Shown here: positions 1 through 7,643 of the stretch, one piece after another | Layout: each line of letters opens with the position of its first letter | How positions within the stretch are numbered: position 1 is the first letter of the stretch | IMG/VR virus record: IMGVR_UViG_3300008255_000458 | Location: 1-24,684 of that record | Reading direction: 5' to 3' (one strand) | Source of the DNA: a virus | Taxonomy: Duplodnaviria; Caudoviricetes | DNA: 24,684 bases | Made by a program: the position numbers and the translations under genes | The notes under the pieces: generated by a model | Seen by the model: only the letters and a program-made list of their open reading frames with translations | Told to the model about the DNA's origin: nothing | Database searches by the model: none

Positions 1-28
1 GCCCCGGCGGTGTCCGCCCGCAGGCTAT

Positions 29-324
29 CCCCTGTCCTGTCCCTGGCGTCCGGGCTAGGTTGGCAGGTTGGCGCGCAGGTACTGATTCAGCCGCGTGATT
101 GCCTGCCGCTTGGCCTTTGCCTTGGAGAAGAGATGCCACTGGCTGGCCGCGATGACCGTTTCGCCCCGCAGAAATTCAACCATGTGATAAGTCAGCATCC
201 CGTCGCGCGCAGTAGCCGCCTTGGAAGGGACATAACGGGTACTGCCCTTGGCCGTGATGTCCAGTTTAATTGTCGCCATGTTCAAATCACCTCTACAATA
301 GATTTTCTCACCCCTGTCCTGTCC
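29..324. repeat. 14-bp direct repeat CCCCTGTCCTGTCC at 29-42 and 311-324, flanking the 55..279 gene
   Basis: Exact match read from the sequence. Confidence 0.8.
55..279 (-). CDS. Small basic hypothetical protein (74 aa, MATIKLDITAKG...), first long ORF of a new transcription unit downstream of the lysis cassette
   Basis: GAGGTG SD upstream of the ATG at 279; ORF track 55..285 trimmed to this start. Confidence 0.65.
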   Translation of the reverse strand: MATIKLDITAKGSTRYVPSKAATARDGMLTYHMVEFLRGETVIAASQWHLFSKAKAKRQAITRLNQYLRANLPT

Positions 325-379
325 TACAACCCCAGTTCATGCAGCCCCGGATAGCCACCCGGCGCGGTCGCCCAGCCGA

Positions 380-427
380 TCAGCCAGCCATGATCCCGAA
401 CCGCGCAATCCTTCTCTCGCTTGTCAT
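380..427 (-). CDS. Possible 15-aa leader peptide MTSERRIARFGIMAG
   Basis: GAGGTG SD 6 nt before the ATG, immediately downstream of a sigma70-like promoter; ends at TGA 380-382. Confidence 0.35.
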   Translation of the reverse strand: MTSERRIARFGIMAG

Positions 428-460
428 TTCCATCACCTCTGCTCTAGTTGAGCTATAAAG

Positions 461-489
461 ATTGTATCACGCCGGAATCACTTTGTAAA
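461..489 (-). promoter_or_regulatory. Sigma70-type promoter TTTACA-17nt-TACAAT with extended -10 TG
   Basis: Minus strand reads TTTACA aagtgattccggcgtga TACAAT. Confidence 0.7.
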
Positions 490-493
490 GCAT

Positions 494-517
494 ATTTAGG
501 TTAAATTCTGGTTAAAT
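494..517. promoter_or_regulatory. Candidate operator: GGTTAAAT direct repeat with 11-bp period plus ATTTA-GGT-TAAAT palindrome
   Basis: Repeats at 499-506 and 510-517 and palindrome at 494-506, directly upstream of the -35 box. Confidence 0.45.
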
Positions 518-528
518 CTCGCGGGCAT

Positions 529-557
529 AGAAAAGCCCCGGTTGGCGAGACCGGGGC
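529..557 (-). terminator. Rho-independent terminator ending the late/lysis operon
   Basis: GCCCCGG-tctcgccaa-CCGGGGC-TTTTCT after the endolysin stop. Confidence 0.8.
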
Positions 558-597
558 CACATCAGGGGAGGGATGTTGCTGCTGGGGCAGCCTGTTG

Positions 598-1257
598 TTA
601 TGGCTCGCGCGCGAGCTGGTCGAACGGCGGCAGCTTCCGCAGCACCTTCATGGCGCGTTGCGTAGCCGCTGGCAGGTTCGGAAATTCAGGATCATCGAAC
701 ATCGCGGCGATGTGGTTGAACAGCGGTTGGAAATCCGGCGCTGGAGTGGCGGCAGTCAGGGTTGCGACCTGTTGCCTGAACCAGTTCATCGCCGTGTAAC
801 TGCCATCGGCCAGCCGTTCCGGGCGAATGTCCAGATGAGGTATGCAGCACACGTCCCAACGATCTTGCGGTTTGCCGTGGATGGAATCCCATTCCTCATG
901 ACCGATCAGTCCGGCGGTAGTTGGCGGAATGCCATACTTCCAGCAAAGGTCAGCGCACAGGTGTATCGCTGACTCGACGCTGGCTTTCGTGATAGCGTGC
1001 TGGCCGTAACGTCCGTTGATCGCGTTGGCCCACGTCGCATCAGCCATTCCGCACATGCTCACGCCGATGTTGAAGCTGTTTGCGCGCTTCACGTGTTTCG
1101 CGTATTTGCCAGTTCGCACCGGCGGCAGGTTCGCTTCAGGCGGATACATGCCGGGCAGTACATTGCCGCGTCCGTCGATCACGTAATGGTAATGCTGCAA
1201 ATCGTCCGCGTTCGGCGTATGACGGCCTGCTGTCCAATGTAGCGTTATGTATTTCAT
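598..1257 (-). CDS. Endolysin, N-acetylmuramoyl-L-alanine amidase (Amidase_2-like)
   Basis: Motifs ITLHWTAG, YHYVIDG, AKHVKRANSFNIGVSMCG and IGHE; last gene of the lysis cassette. Confidence 0.85.
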   Translation of the reverse strand: MKYITLHWTAGRHTPNADDLQHYHYVIDGRGNVLPGMYPPEANLPPVRTGKYAKHVKRANSFNIGVSMCGMADATWANAINGRYGQHAITKASVESAIHLCADLCWKYGIPPTTAGLIGHEEWDSIHGKPQDRWDVCCIPHLDIRPERLADGSYTAMNWFRQQVATLTAATPAPDFQPLFNHIAAMFDDPEFPNLPAATQRAMKVLRKLPPFDQLAREP

Positions 1258-1574
1258 CGGCCTTGTTTCATCAGGATTACTGCGCGTTCGATCAGGAACG
1301 TGATGAACAGGTCGCGGCCAGCGCGGTTGAACTCTTTGTAAATCTGCTTCAGCTCAGTTTCAACCCACGCGAATTTCTGCGGCCCGGACTTCGGTTCAGT
1401 CAACAGCCGTTCCGCCTCTTTCACCAACGGCAATGCAATCCGCTCGATCAGTTTATCCAGTGCGTGTTGCGCTTCGAGAATGATCTGATCTGCGAAGTCA
1501 TCCGCGTCGATCTGCTTGGTCAGTTTCTTGACCGCACGTTCGATTTCTTTCCAGCCTTTTGATAGCCAACTCAT
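1254..1574 (-). CDS. LL-H-type holin-like soluble domain (106 aa, MSWLSKGWKE...)
   Basis: LVKEAE...SGPQKF..V...LIERAV..MK pattern; ATGA overlaps on both sides; start moved from 1781 to 1574. Confidence 0.6.
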   Translation of the reverse strand: MSWLSKGWKEIERAVKKLTKQIDADDFADQIILEAQHALDKLIERIALPLVKEAERLLTEPKSGPQKFAWVETELKQIYKEFNRAGRDLFITFLIERAVILMKQGR

Positions 1575-1852
1575 TGATTTGTAACCTCCGGGGGATTCGG
1601 TGTGAATATGTCGATGATCAGTTTCAGCGTGACGGCTTTGCCAAATCCGTTCGCTGCGTCCTGATACCAATCGCCGGTGTCTACCAGCAATCCGGTTGCA
1701 TCGCCGACGCCACCGCTGATCGTAGTCATTACAGCCGTCGCCAGATACCGCACGTCGAACGGCCTGCGATCCTGAGACCACTTGTAACCGTAGCGCAGCA
1801 CCGTGATAAACACCGTGCCAGCGATCCAGCCAATGAATGATCCACCTGTCAT
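1571..1852 (-). CDS. Small membrane protein, putative holin transmembrane subunit
   Basis: 93 aa with hydrophobic segments (FIGWIAGTVFITVL; YLATAVMTTISGGV); GGAGG SD; upstream of the endolysin. Confidence 0.55.
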   Translation of the reverse strand: MTGGSFIGWIAGTVFITVLRYGYKWSQDRRPFDVRYLATAVMTTISGGVGDATGLLVDTGDWYQDAANGFGKAVTLKLIIDIFTPNPPEVTNQ

Positions 1853-1862
1853 GTTGAACCTC

Positions 1863-2519
1863 CTAGCTCAGAATGAATTCTGCGTGCGCTGCAACCACCG
1901 CCGATGCCGCGCCTTTCGCCTGAATCTCGATGTCAGTCAGCGCAGCCAGTGCAGCCATATCGCCGAACTCCAACGTCGCGTTCTGCCGGTACACGTGCGT
2001 CAGCAACAGCTCTTCCCACACGCCGCCATCCGGTCGCGCCAGCACGCGCACGCTGACGATGGTATCTGTCGGCGAGCTGATGTGCAGGCGGTTCAACCGC
2101 GCGGTTGAATTCAGCCCCAGCGTTGCAAATCCGCTATGGCTGATGTTCGCGCCCGCGAGTGCCTTCGCGTGAATTTTCCCTTGCGTTTGCGGCACGCCGC
2201 TGGTCACGGTGTCATCTTCGTAGATGTACACGTCGCCAGCGTTTACGGTCGTGCCGACGTTCTTTACGCCGAACACGCGCAGGAATGAATTGGTCAACGC
2301 GGTTTCAGTTTGCCCGACCGCCGTGACCGTTTCGCTGAGTTGCACGCCGCCTGCGCCTAAACCCCAGACGAAGTAATCCTGCGTATCGCCAGCGTCGCTG
2401 CTGCTGATCTTCATCACGGCGGCGGCGGATTGATACGTGTGCGCATCGCCCTCATCCCACAGGGTTTCGAACGATGTTGAAACGTCGGCGTTATTGCCGA
2501 AGATGTGTAAGCGTGCCAC
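1863..2519 (-). CDS. Conserved phage beta-rich protein, probably virion-associated
   Basis: FGNNADV..FETLWD.G..SSS..DT..GL..RVF..NAGD pattern, recognised from uncharacterised phage proteins; AAGGAGG SD with GTG start. Confidence 0.6.
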   Translation of the reverse strand: MARLHIFGNNADVSTSFETLWDEGDAHTYQSAAAVMKISSSDAGDTQDYFVWGLGAGGVQLSETVTAVGQTETALTNSFLRVFGVKNVGTTVNAGDVYIYEDDTVTSGVPQTQGKIHAKALAGANISHSGFATLGLNSTARLNRLHISSPTDTIVSVRVLARPDGGVWEELLLTHVYRQNATLEFGDMAALAALTDIEIQAKGAASAVVAAHAEFILS

Positions 2520-2536
2520 AGCGGGCCTCCTTTATG

Positions 2537-2884
2537 TTATACACCGAGTGAACCTTTGCCGAGCCATCCGAGGATCAGCATCAGCAACATTACGATGATG
2601 GTGATGGCGGTAGCGGCGCGACGGTCTGCGCCAGCCAGCCGCCGGTCGTTATCCGCCGATTCTTTGTTATTTACCTTTTCCAACTTTTCGCCGATGTGCG
2701 TGAATCCGTCAGTCATAGCTTGCCGCATATCGCGCATGGTTTGATCGACGTGCTTGAACTCTGTTTCAATCACAAGCACCCTCGCGCCGATCCGGTTGAT
2801 CTCCTCCCACTGCCGACTGCTGGTCTCTTTAAGAGTTTTGACTTCGCCTTGAAAATTCCGATGATCTCCATTTCCTTCGGTCAC
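2537..2884 (-). CDS. Coiled-coil protein with C-terminal TM helix (XhlA/hemolysin-like lysis accessory)
   Basis: Heptad-like region followed by AITIIVMLLMLILGWLG; AAGGAGG SD before the GTG at 2884. Confidence 0.55.
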   Translation of the reverse strand: MTEGNGDHRNFQGEVKTLKETSSRQWEEINRIGARVLVIETEFKHVDQTMRDMRQAMTDGFTHIGEKLEKVNNKESADNDRRLAGADRRAATAITIIVMLLMLILGWLGKGSLGV

Positions 2885-2901
2885 GTTGCCGATCCTCCTT
2901 T

Positions 2902-4269
2902 TTAGCCTGTGAATATTTGCCGCCACGTCGATGTGGTTTCGGCCACGAGAATCAAACAGCGGTTCGCGGCAATCGTGGTAGTGCCGGGCGAACCTGCGCC
3001 GTCAATCTGATCAGTACCTGCGCCGCTGATCGTGATCGTAATAGGGTTAGCGTCTGTGCGTTTGAATACGATGAACTGGCCCACATTACCGGCCAGCGAC
3101 GGCAGAGTAATTGTGTAGCTGGAAAACACGCCCGAGCAGTTCACATAGCCGGTGTAGTCATCTACAGCATCCGTGCCGGTGATAACGTCTACGATCACGC
3201 GATGCGGTAACCCTGCGAGAAAGTTACCGGGAACGATAGCTTTATCTGTTGCGCTGGCGGCGGTTGCTTCCGCGTCGGTGGCAGTTTCCAGTATACCTTT
3301 GTTAGTGGTACTGGCATCTTCGGCGCTGACAGTGATTGTGCTGCCAGCCCCGGCATCAGTCAGGTCTATCCCCTCACCGGCGGTCAACACCCGTTCGTTA
3401 GTCAGGGTTCCGTTGGTGGTCAGGGTAACATATGTAGCATCAGTCGGAGCGCCGCTGCCGCCTGCACCTAACGGCCCTGTTTCTGCGCCTGCATCATCTT
3501 TGTAGTACAGGCCGTCAGTCTTAAAATAATAGCGCCACTCGCCGGTCGCAGGGTTGGCCGGGGCGTTGCCCTCGGTCATGTTTCCGAAAGCCGCTGCGCC
3601 CGAAGTAGGATCATTGCTGCGCGCCGTGATACTAACTCCGTCGAACTGACCGCCATAACTCTGCTCGTTGGCCGACCCCGTGCCGCCCGCCACCCCAATA
3701 CCCAGCCCGGAGGCCGCATTGACATTCCCCACAATCCCGTAACTGTTGAAGCTGCCGTTGGTTGATTGCGTTTCCCCAAACACCGCCGCACCAATGGCGG
3801 AAGCGCCGGTTATATACCCCGCGACCCCGTATGCCCCAATCCCAGTGTTGGTGTTTGTGCCCTTCAGCAGCGCATCACTGGACTCGCTACCGGAAGCGGC
3901 TACTTTATCCCCCGCCGTCGCCGGACTCAGTACCGTCCCTGTACGAGTCCACAGCTCCGTAGGCAAATCCGCCGTCTGCAAATACGCCAGCGTCACACTG
4001 CCATCGGCGTTGTCTGTCAGTGAACCGTTGGGGACGATGATTGTGTCAACTGCCGCCACGTTGGGGCTTGAGTCCGTTTCACGCACTCTCAGCGATACGC
4101 CCGCGCCTGTGCCGTTCGTCGCGTCCGCATACACGATGCTGCCCGTGCTGATGCTGCTGATGCGCGGCGTGATCCGGCGCGTCCGTTTGTCTATCAACGC
4201 CAGCATATGCGCTGCATCCAGCGCAGGTCTTCGTAGGTTGTCTTCGATATTCCAATAACCGCCACTCAT
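2902..4269 (-). CDS. Tail fibre / receptor-binding protein (455 aa)
   Basis: G/A/T/S-rich; fibre-type motifs LTNERVLTAGEGI, ASTTNKGILETATDAE and ITLPS...GQFIVFKRTD...ITISG...IDG; follows the hub gene. Confidence 0.75.
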   Translation of the reverse strand: MSGGYWNIEDNLRRPALDAAHMLALIDKRTRRITPRISSISTGSIVYADATNGTGAGVSLRVRETDSSPNVAAVDTIIVPNGSLTDNADGSVTLAYLQTADLPTELWTRTGTVLSPATAGDKVAASGSESSDALLKGTNTNTGIGAYGVAGYITGASAIGAAVFGETQSTNGSFNSYGIVGNVNAASGLGIGVAGGTGSANEQSYGGQFDGVSITARSNDPTSGAAAFGNMTEGNAPANPATGEWRYYFKTDGLYYKDDAGAETGPLGAGGSGAPTDATYVTLTTNGTLTNERVLTAGEGIDLTDAGAGSTITVSAEDASTTNKGILETATDAEATAASATDKAIVPGNFLAGLPHRVIVDVITGTDAVDDYTGYVNCSGVFSSYTITLPSLAGNVGQFIVFKRTDANPITITISGAGTDQIDGAGSPGTTTIAANRCLILVAETTSTWRQIFTG

Positions 4270-6575
4270 TGCAGCACGCTCGCATCGTCATCTAACAGCG
4301 TCAACGTATACTCTGTACTGACCGGCGTAATCACAATGTCCATAGCGCGCAGCACGCCGGTATAACTGTCAGGCGTTACTGTAATCGTTTCGCCAAGCTC
4401 CGGTTTGTCCCCCTCGGCAATCACGCCTTTGTACAGATATGTTTTCTGTTGAAACATCGGCGCGCTGTGCAACAGCTTCGCCCGCGCAATGCTGATCGCC
4501 GCACCTTCACTCGACGGCCCTATGTCTATGTCCAACACCTTCGCGCTGCCTGCACTGGTACTCGCTTTCAATCCGCCGCGCACTTTCTCATGATATGCAG
4601 GCGCATAGTAATACAGCGGATCGCCTTGCTCGGTGTCGCTCGTTTGTACCAACACGTAACTCGCCACGTCGCCCTGAATCACAAGATCATGCACGACGGC
4701 CCAATAGTAATCACCGTCGCGTTTCGGGCCAGCCATGTATCTGAACATCACGCGCACGGCGTTTACGCTGGTCAACAGGAACTGCGAAAACTCCACCATG
4801 TCCGGCACGCCTTCGCTGGCTGGCAATCCGTGAATCTCGCAACCTAAATCCTGCCACGTCCCGCTGTTCGTAGAGCTGTTGTAATCGGTGCAGCCTTGCA
4901 AATAAACCTGATACGTGAAATCCGCCGCCGCCGTGGTGCGGTTCCATCCTTCAATCGCGCGATAGTTATTCACGCGGATGCTGATGGAGTCCAGTTTGAT
5001 CGCTGGCGGAGTCGTGCCAGCACCGAACCAGAATTGACAGAACTCAAAGTCGGTTGTCGGATCGTGCTGAATTTCCGCGTGCAGCTTCTGCGCCGGGTCG
5101 CCGGTAATCAACATGTCAACGCCGAAGTTGCCACGGCCCGCATCTGTATTTTCCGTCCGCGTGTCATTGCCCCAACTACTGCCGTCCGCTGTCACGCGAT
5201 ACCACGCGTCCGGTTTCGCTCCGGTCGCTGCGCAGCCAACATGCGAACTGTATGCAGGGTCAACGCGGTTAATCGCCTGATCGTCAGTGTATTTGACTCG
5301 CACCGCCGAATACACTTCATCAACGGTGGATTCAGTTTCAATTACGGATACTTCCGCCAACGTCAATACAGCCGCCGCGTTCGCTGGAATCCCCAACCGC
5401 CATTTGCCGGTAGTGTGATCGAACCAAAGTTCAACCTCATCTTCCAGCCCTACGCTCGCTATCAAATCCTGAGCGGCCTGTAATGCGTATTGCGATTTAT
5501 CTTCATCGTGATCGTAGCGCGTGATGTTGAGTCCGGTTCCGGGGAAGTTCAAATCGCCGGATACAAAGCCAGCTCCGCCGTCGCCTTTATCGGCAGTCAG
5601 AAAATACGTTACTACATCATCCAAGCTGACCGTAGTGCTGCCAGCGTCTAGCGTAGCATCATCATCGTAGCGTTTGTGTGTGCAGGTGTATGTACCGCTG
5701 GCAGTGCCGGGAAGTACGAAGCAACCGAGCCGCGTCTGTGCGGTGTATTGCGAACCGAAGCGCAACGGCACAGAGTCCTGCAACATCTTGAATGCGCTTG
5801 GCGCGATTTGCTTGGCTATCTTTTCATACACGGTGGCCGCGCCGCCTGTATGTGCTGCGGCCAGTGTACCGAGTTGCGCGCGCGCCGTGCAGTTGCAAAC
5901 GTACTTGCCGCCAGCGCCGGTGTCATCATAGCCGTCATAGTACAGCCATTCGCTGTCGATCTTCACGAATCCGCGCGGCCCGAATCCGGCGTTGCTGGTG
6001 CTGAGTACAATGTCGAACGGCGGTGTAGCCACGTCTGTGATCGAAGTATCCAGCGTATCGCTGTTGCTGCTGGCATCGCCGATGTAACACTTCGCGCCAG
6101 TCACGTCACCCGGATCAGGCCAGAGCGTATCGCCTTGGAAACTGCCGTAATCCGCAGTGGCTTTCAACGGCAGGTCAGTTACTTCCACGGCAGACGTGCT
6201 GACGCTCCAAACGTCTGCGCCGTCTTTACGCGCTATCACATGAGCCGCAACCCATTCAGGCCCGTCAATAATGACTTCCAGAAATTCGCCCTCAGAGAAT
6301 GATTTGCGACGCGGTTTGCCTGTTACTACTCCGGTGAACCATTGCGTGCTGTCGCGTTTGAATACGGCGGTGCTGAACAGTTGCAGCGGATTCGCCGTGT
6401 CGTTCGTCTCCAGTCCATACACGCTGGCGATGTTGTATCGCACGTACACTACAAGCTGGCTGATCGTCTTGAATGCTTGCCGACTCGCGGCGTATGCAAC
6501 CGGCACATCCGCACTCAACCCGCCGCTGCCGGTGTAATTCTGTTTCGGATTTGTGAATGTGACTGACCAACTCAT
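4266..6575 (-). CDS. Tail tip / baseplate hub protein with inserted domains (769 aa)
   Basis: Position after the Dit-like gene; hub-like N- and C-termini (YSAVRVKY, PELGETITV); KIDSEWLYY...RAQLGTLAAAH insert. Confidence 0.65.
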   Translation of the reverse strand: MSWSVTFTNPKQNYTGSGGLSADVPVAYAASRQAFKTISQLVVYVRYNIASVYGLETNDTANPLQLFSTAVFKRDSTQWFTGVVTGKPRRKSFSEGEFLEVIIDGPEWVAAHVIARKDGADVWSVSTSAVEVTDLPLKATADYGSFQGDTLWPDPGDVTGAKCYIGDASSNSDTLDTSITDVATPPFDIVLSTSNAGFGPRGFVKIDSEWLYYDGYDDTGAGGKYVCNCTARAQLGTLAAAHTGGAATVYEKIAKQIAPSAFKMLQDSVPLRFGSQYTAQTRLGCFVLPGTASGTYTCTHKRYDDDATLDAGSTTVSLDDVVTYFLTADKGDGGAGFVSGDLNFPGTGLNITRYDHDEDKSQYALQAAQDLIASVGLEDEVELWFDHTTGKWRLGIPANAAAVLTLAEVSVIETESTVDEVYSAVRVKYTDDQAINRVDPAYSSHVGCAATGAKPDAWYRVTADGSSWGNDTRTENTDAGRGNFGVDMLITGDPAQKLHAEIQHDPTTDFEFCQFWFGAGTTPPAIKLDSISIRVNNYRAIEGWNRTTAAADFTYQVYLQGCTDYNSSTNSGTWQDLGCEIHGLPASEGVPDMVEFSQFLLTSVNAVRVMFRYMAGPKRDGDYYWAVVHDLVIQGDVASYVLVQTSDTEQGDPLYYYAPAYHEKVRGGLKASTSAGSAKVLDIDIGPSSEGAAISIARAKLLHSAPMFQQKTYLYKGVIAEGDKPELGETITVTPDSYTGVLRAMDIVITPVSTEYTLTLLDDDASVLQ

Positions 6576-6802
6576 CGTTTTAGACCCTTGACAATATCAG
6601 GCGGCACTTCCATCTCAACATTGTATCCATGTTTAGCAAAGATGTTCTTGATTGCCACCGGCATCATTTCGAGCATGTATGCACGCTGCGCGGAAGTTGA
6701 TTCCGAGTCGGCAACCGTCCGGTTGCATTCGTCGCCGAACGCAATAAGATCATCGCGCAATGCTTCTATGTTAACTTTCATTGTCAATTCAAGTGTCGTC
6801 AT
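6572..6802 (-). CDS. Small hypothetical protein (76 aa) inserted in the tail module
   Basis: GGAG SD; ATGA coupling with the hub gene. Confidence 0.6.
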   Translation of the reverse strand: MTTLELTMKVNIEALRDDLIAFGDECNRTVADSESTSAQRAYMLEMMPVAIKNIFAKHGYNVEMEVPPDIVKGLKR

Positions 6803-6815
6803 AATTCAAACTCCA

Positions 6816-7643
6816 TTACATCATCGCCGTCGCTGTATCGATTTGAAATTCCAGTGTGAACTCGCCGGGTCGCATCTTGCCGTACGCAGGCCATGCGGTC
6901 GGCGTCATGCCGGTCAGATAACCAGCGTATGATTTATAGAAGCTGTCCAGTTGCGGATCAGGCGTAGCCGTTTGCGCTTCGTCAATAATGTCCAGCTTCA
7001 CTTTGTTGCGGATCAGCCACGCCAGCAGGTTCAACGTCTCCAGTTCACTGCCGCTGCTGTCCGTGTTCAACGCTTTGAATGTGCATTCAACGCTGATCGT
7101 GTATGGCCCGGTGTATGTAACGTCGCTCGCATAGAGCGTGCCGTTGATGTCACGGTGAAACAAGTCCGGGTTAGCCGGTACAGGCAAACCAAGCGGTGGA
7201 TGCAGCGTCACGTTCAACAGGAACGAATAGAACTTCGCCGTGGTAGAAACACTGGCGGCTGATATGCGAATCCAAAATGCAGACTGACCATCCTCAGTGT
7301 TCGCAGCCCAGTTCGCCAGCGTACCCCACGCTACATAGCCGTGATTCTCAAAACCGTTCGTGTCGTCAAGTATCGGCGTGAATGTTGACCAGCCCGCGCC
7401 GCTCCAGTATTCCCATGTCAACGCGCCGTAATCGCCAGCCGTGTGCATCCTGAATCCAATCTTTTGAAACGCCGCAGCCGCACCCCAATACATGAAGTCG
7501 CTGGTATCGGCCATCATGTCCTGTTGCGTCCCTACGCGCGTCAGGGCTTCGGTGTCGTAATTGTCATAGGTTGCACCGTTGTATCGGCGGCAATACAGGA
7601 ACTGCCCCGTCTGTTCGGTCAGTGTGATTTCGTTTGTTGCCAT
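6816..7643 (-). CDS. Distal-tail-like protein with an inserted Trp-rich jelly-roll/CBM-like domain (275 aa)
   Basis: Directly follows the tape measure gene (TGATG overlap); DFMYWG..WEYWSG.GW..DDTNGF..FWIRI module. Confidence 0.55.
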   Translation of the reverse strand: MATNEITLTEQTGQFLYCRRYNGATYDNYDTEALTRVGTQQDMMADTSDFMYWGAAAAFQKIGFRMHTAGDYGALTWEYWSGAGWSTFTPILDDTNGFENHGYVAWGTLANWAANTEDGQSAFWIRISAASVSTTAKFYSFLLNVTLHPPLGLPVPANPDLFHRDINGTLYASDVTYTGPYTISVECTFKALNTDSSGSELETLNLLAWLIRNKVKLDIIDEAQTATPDPQLDSFYKSYAGYLTGMTPTAWPAYGKMRPGEFTLEFQIDTATAMM

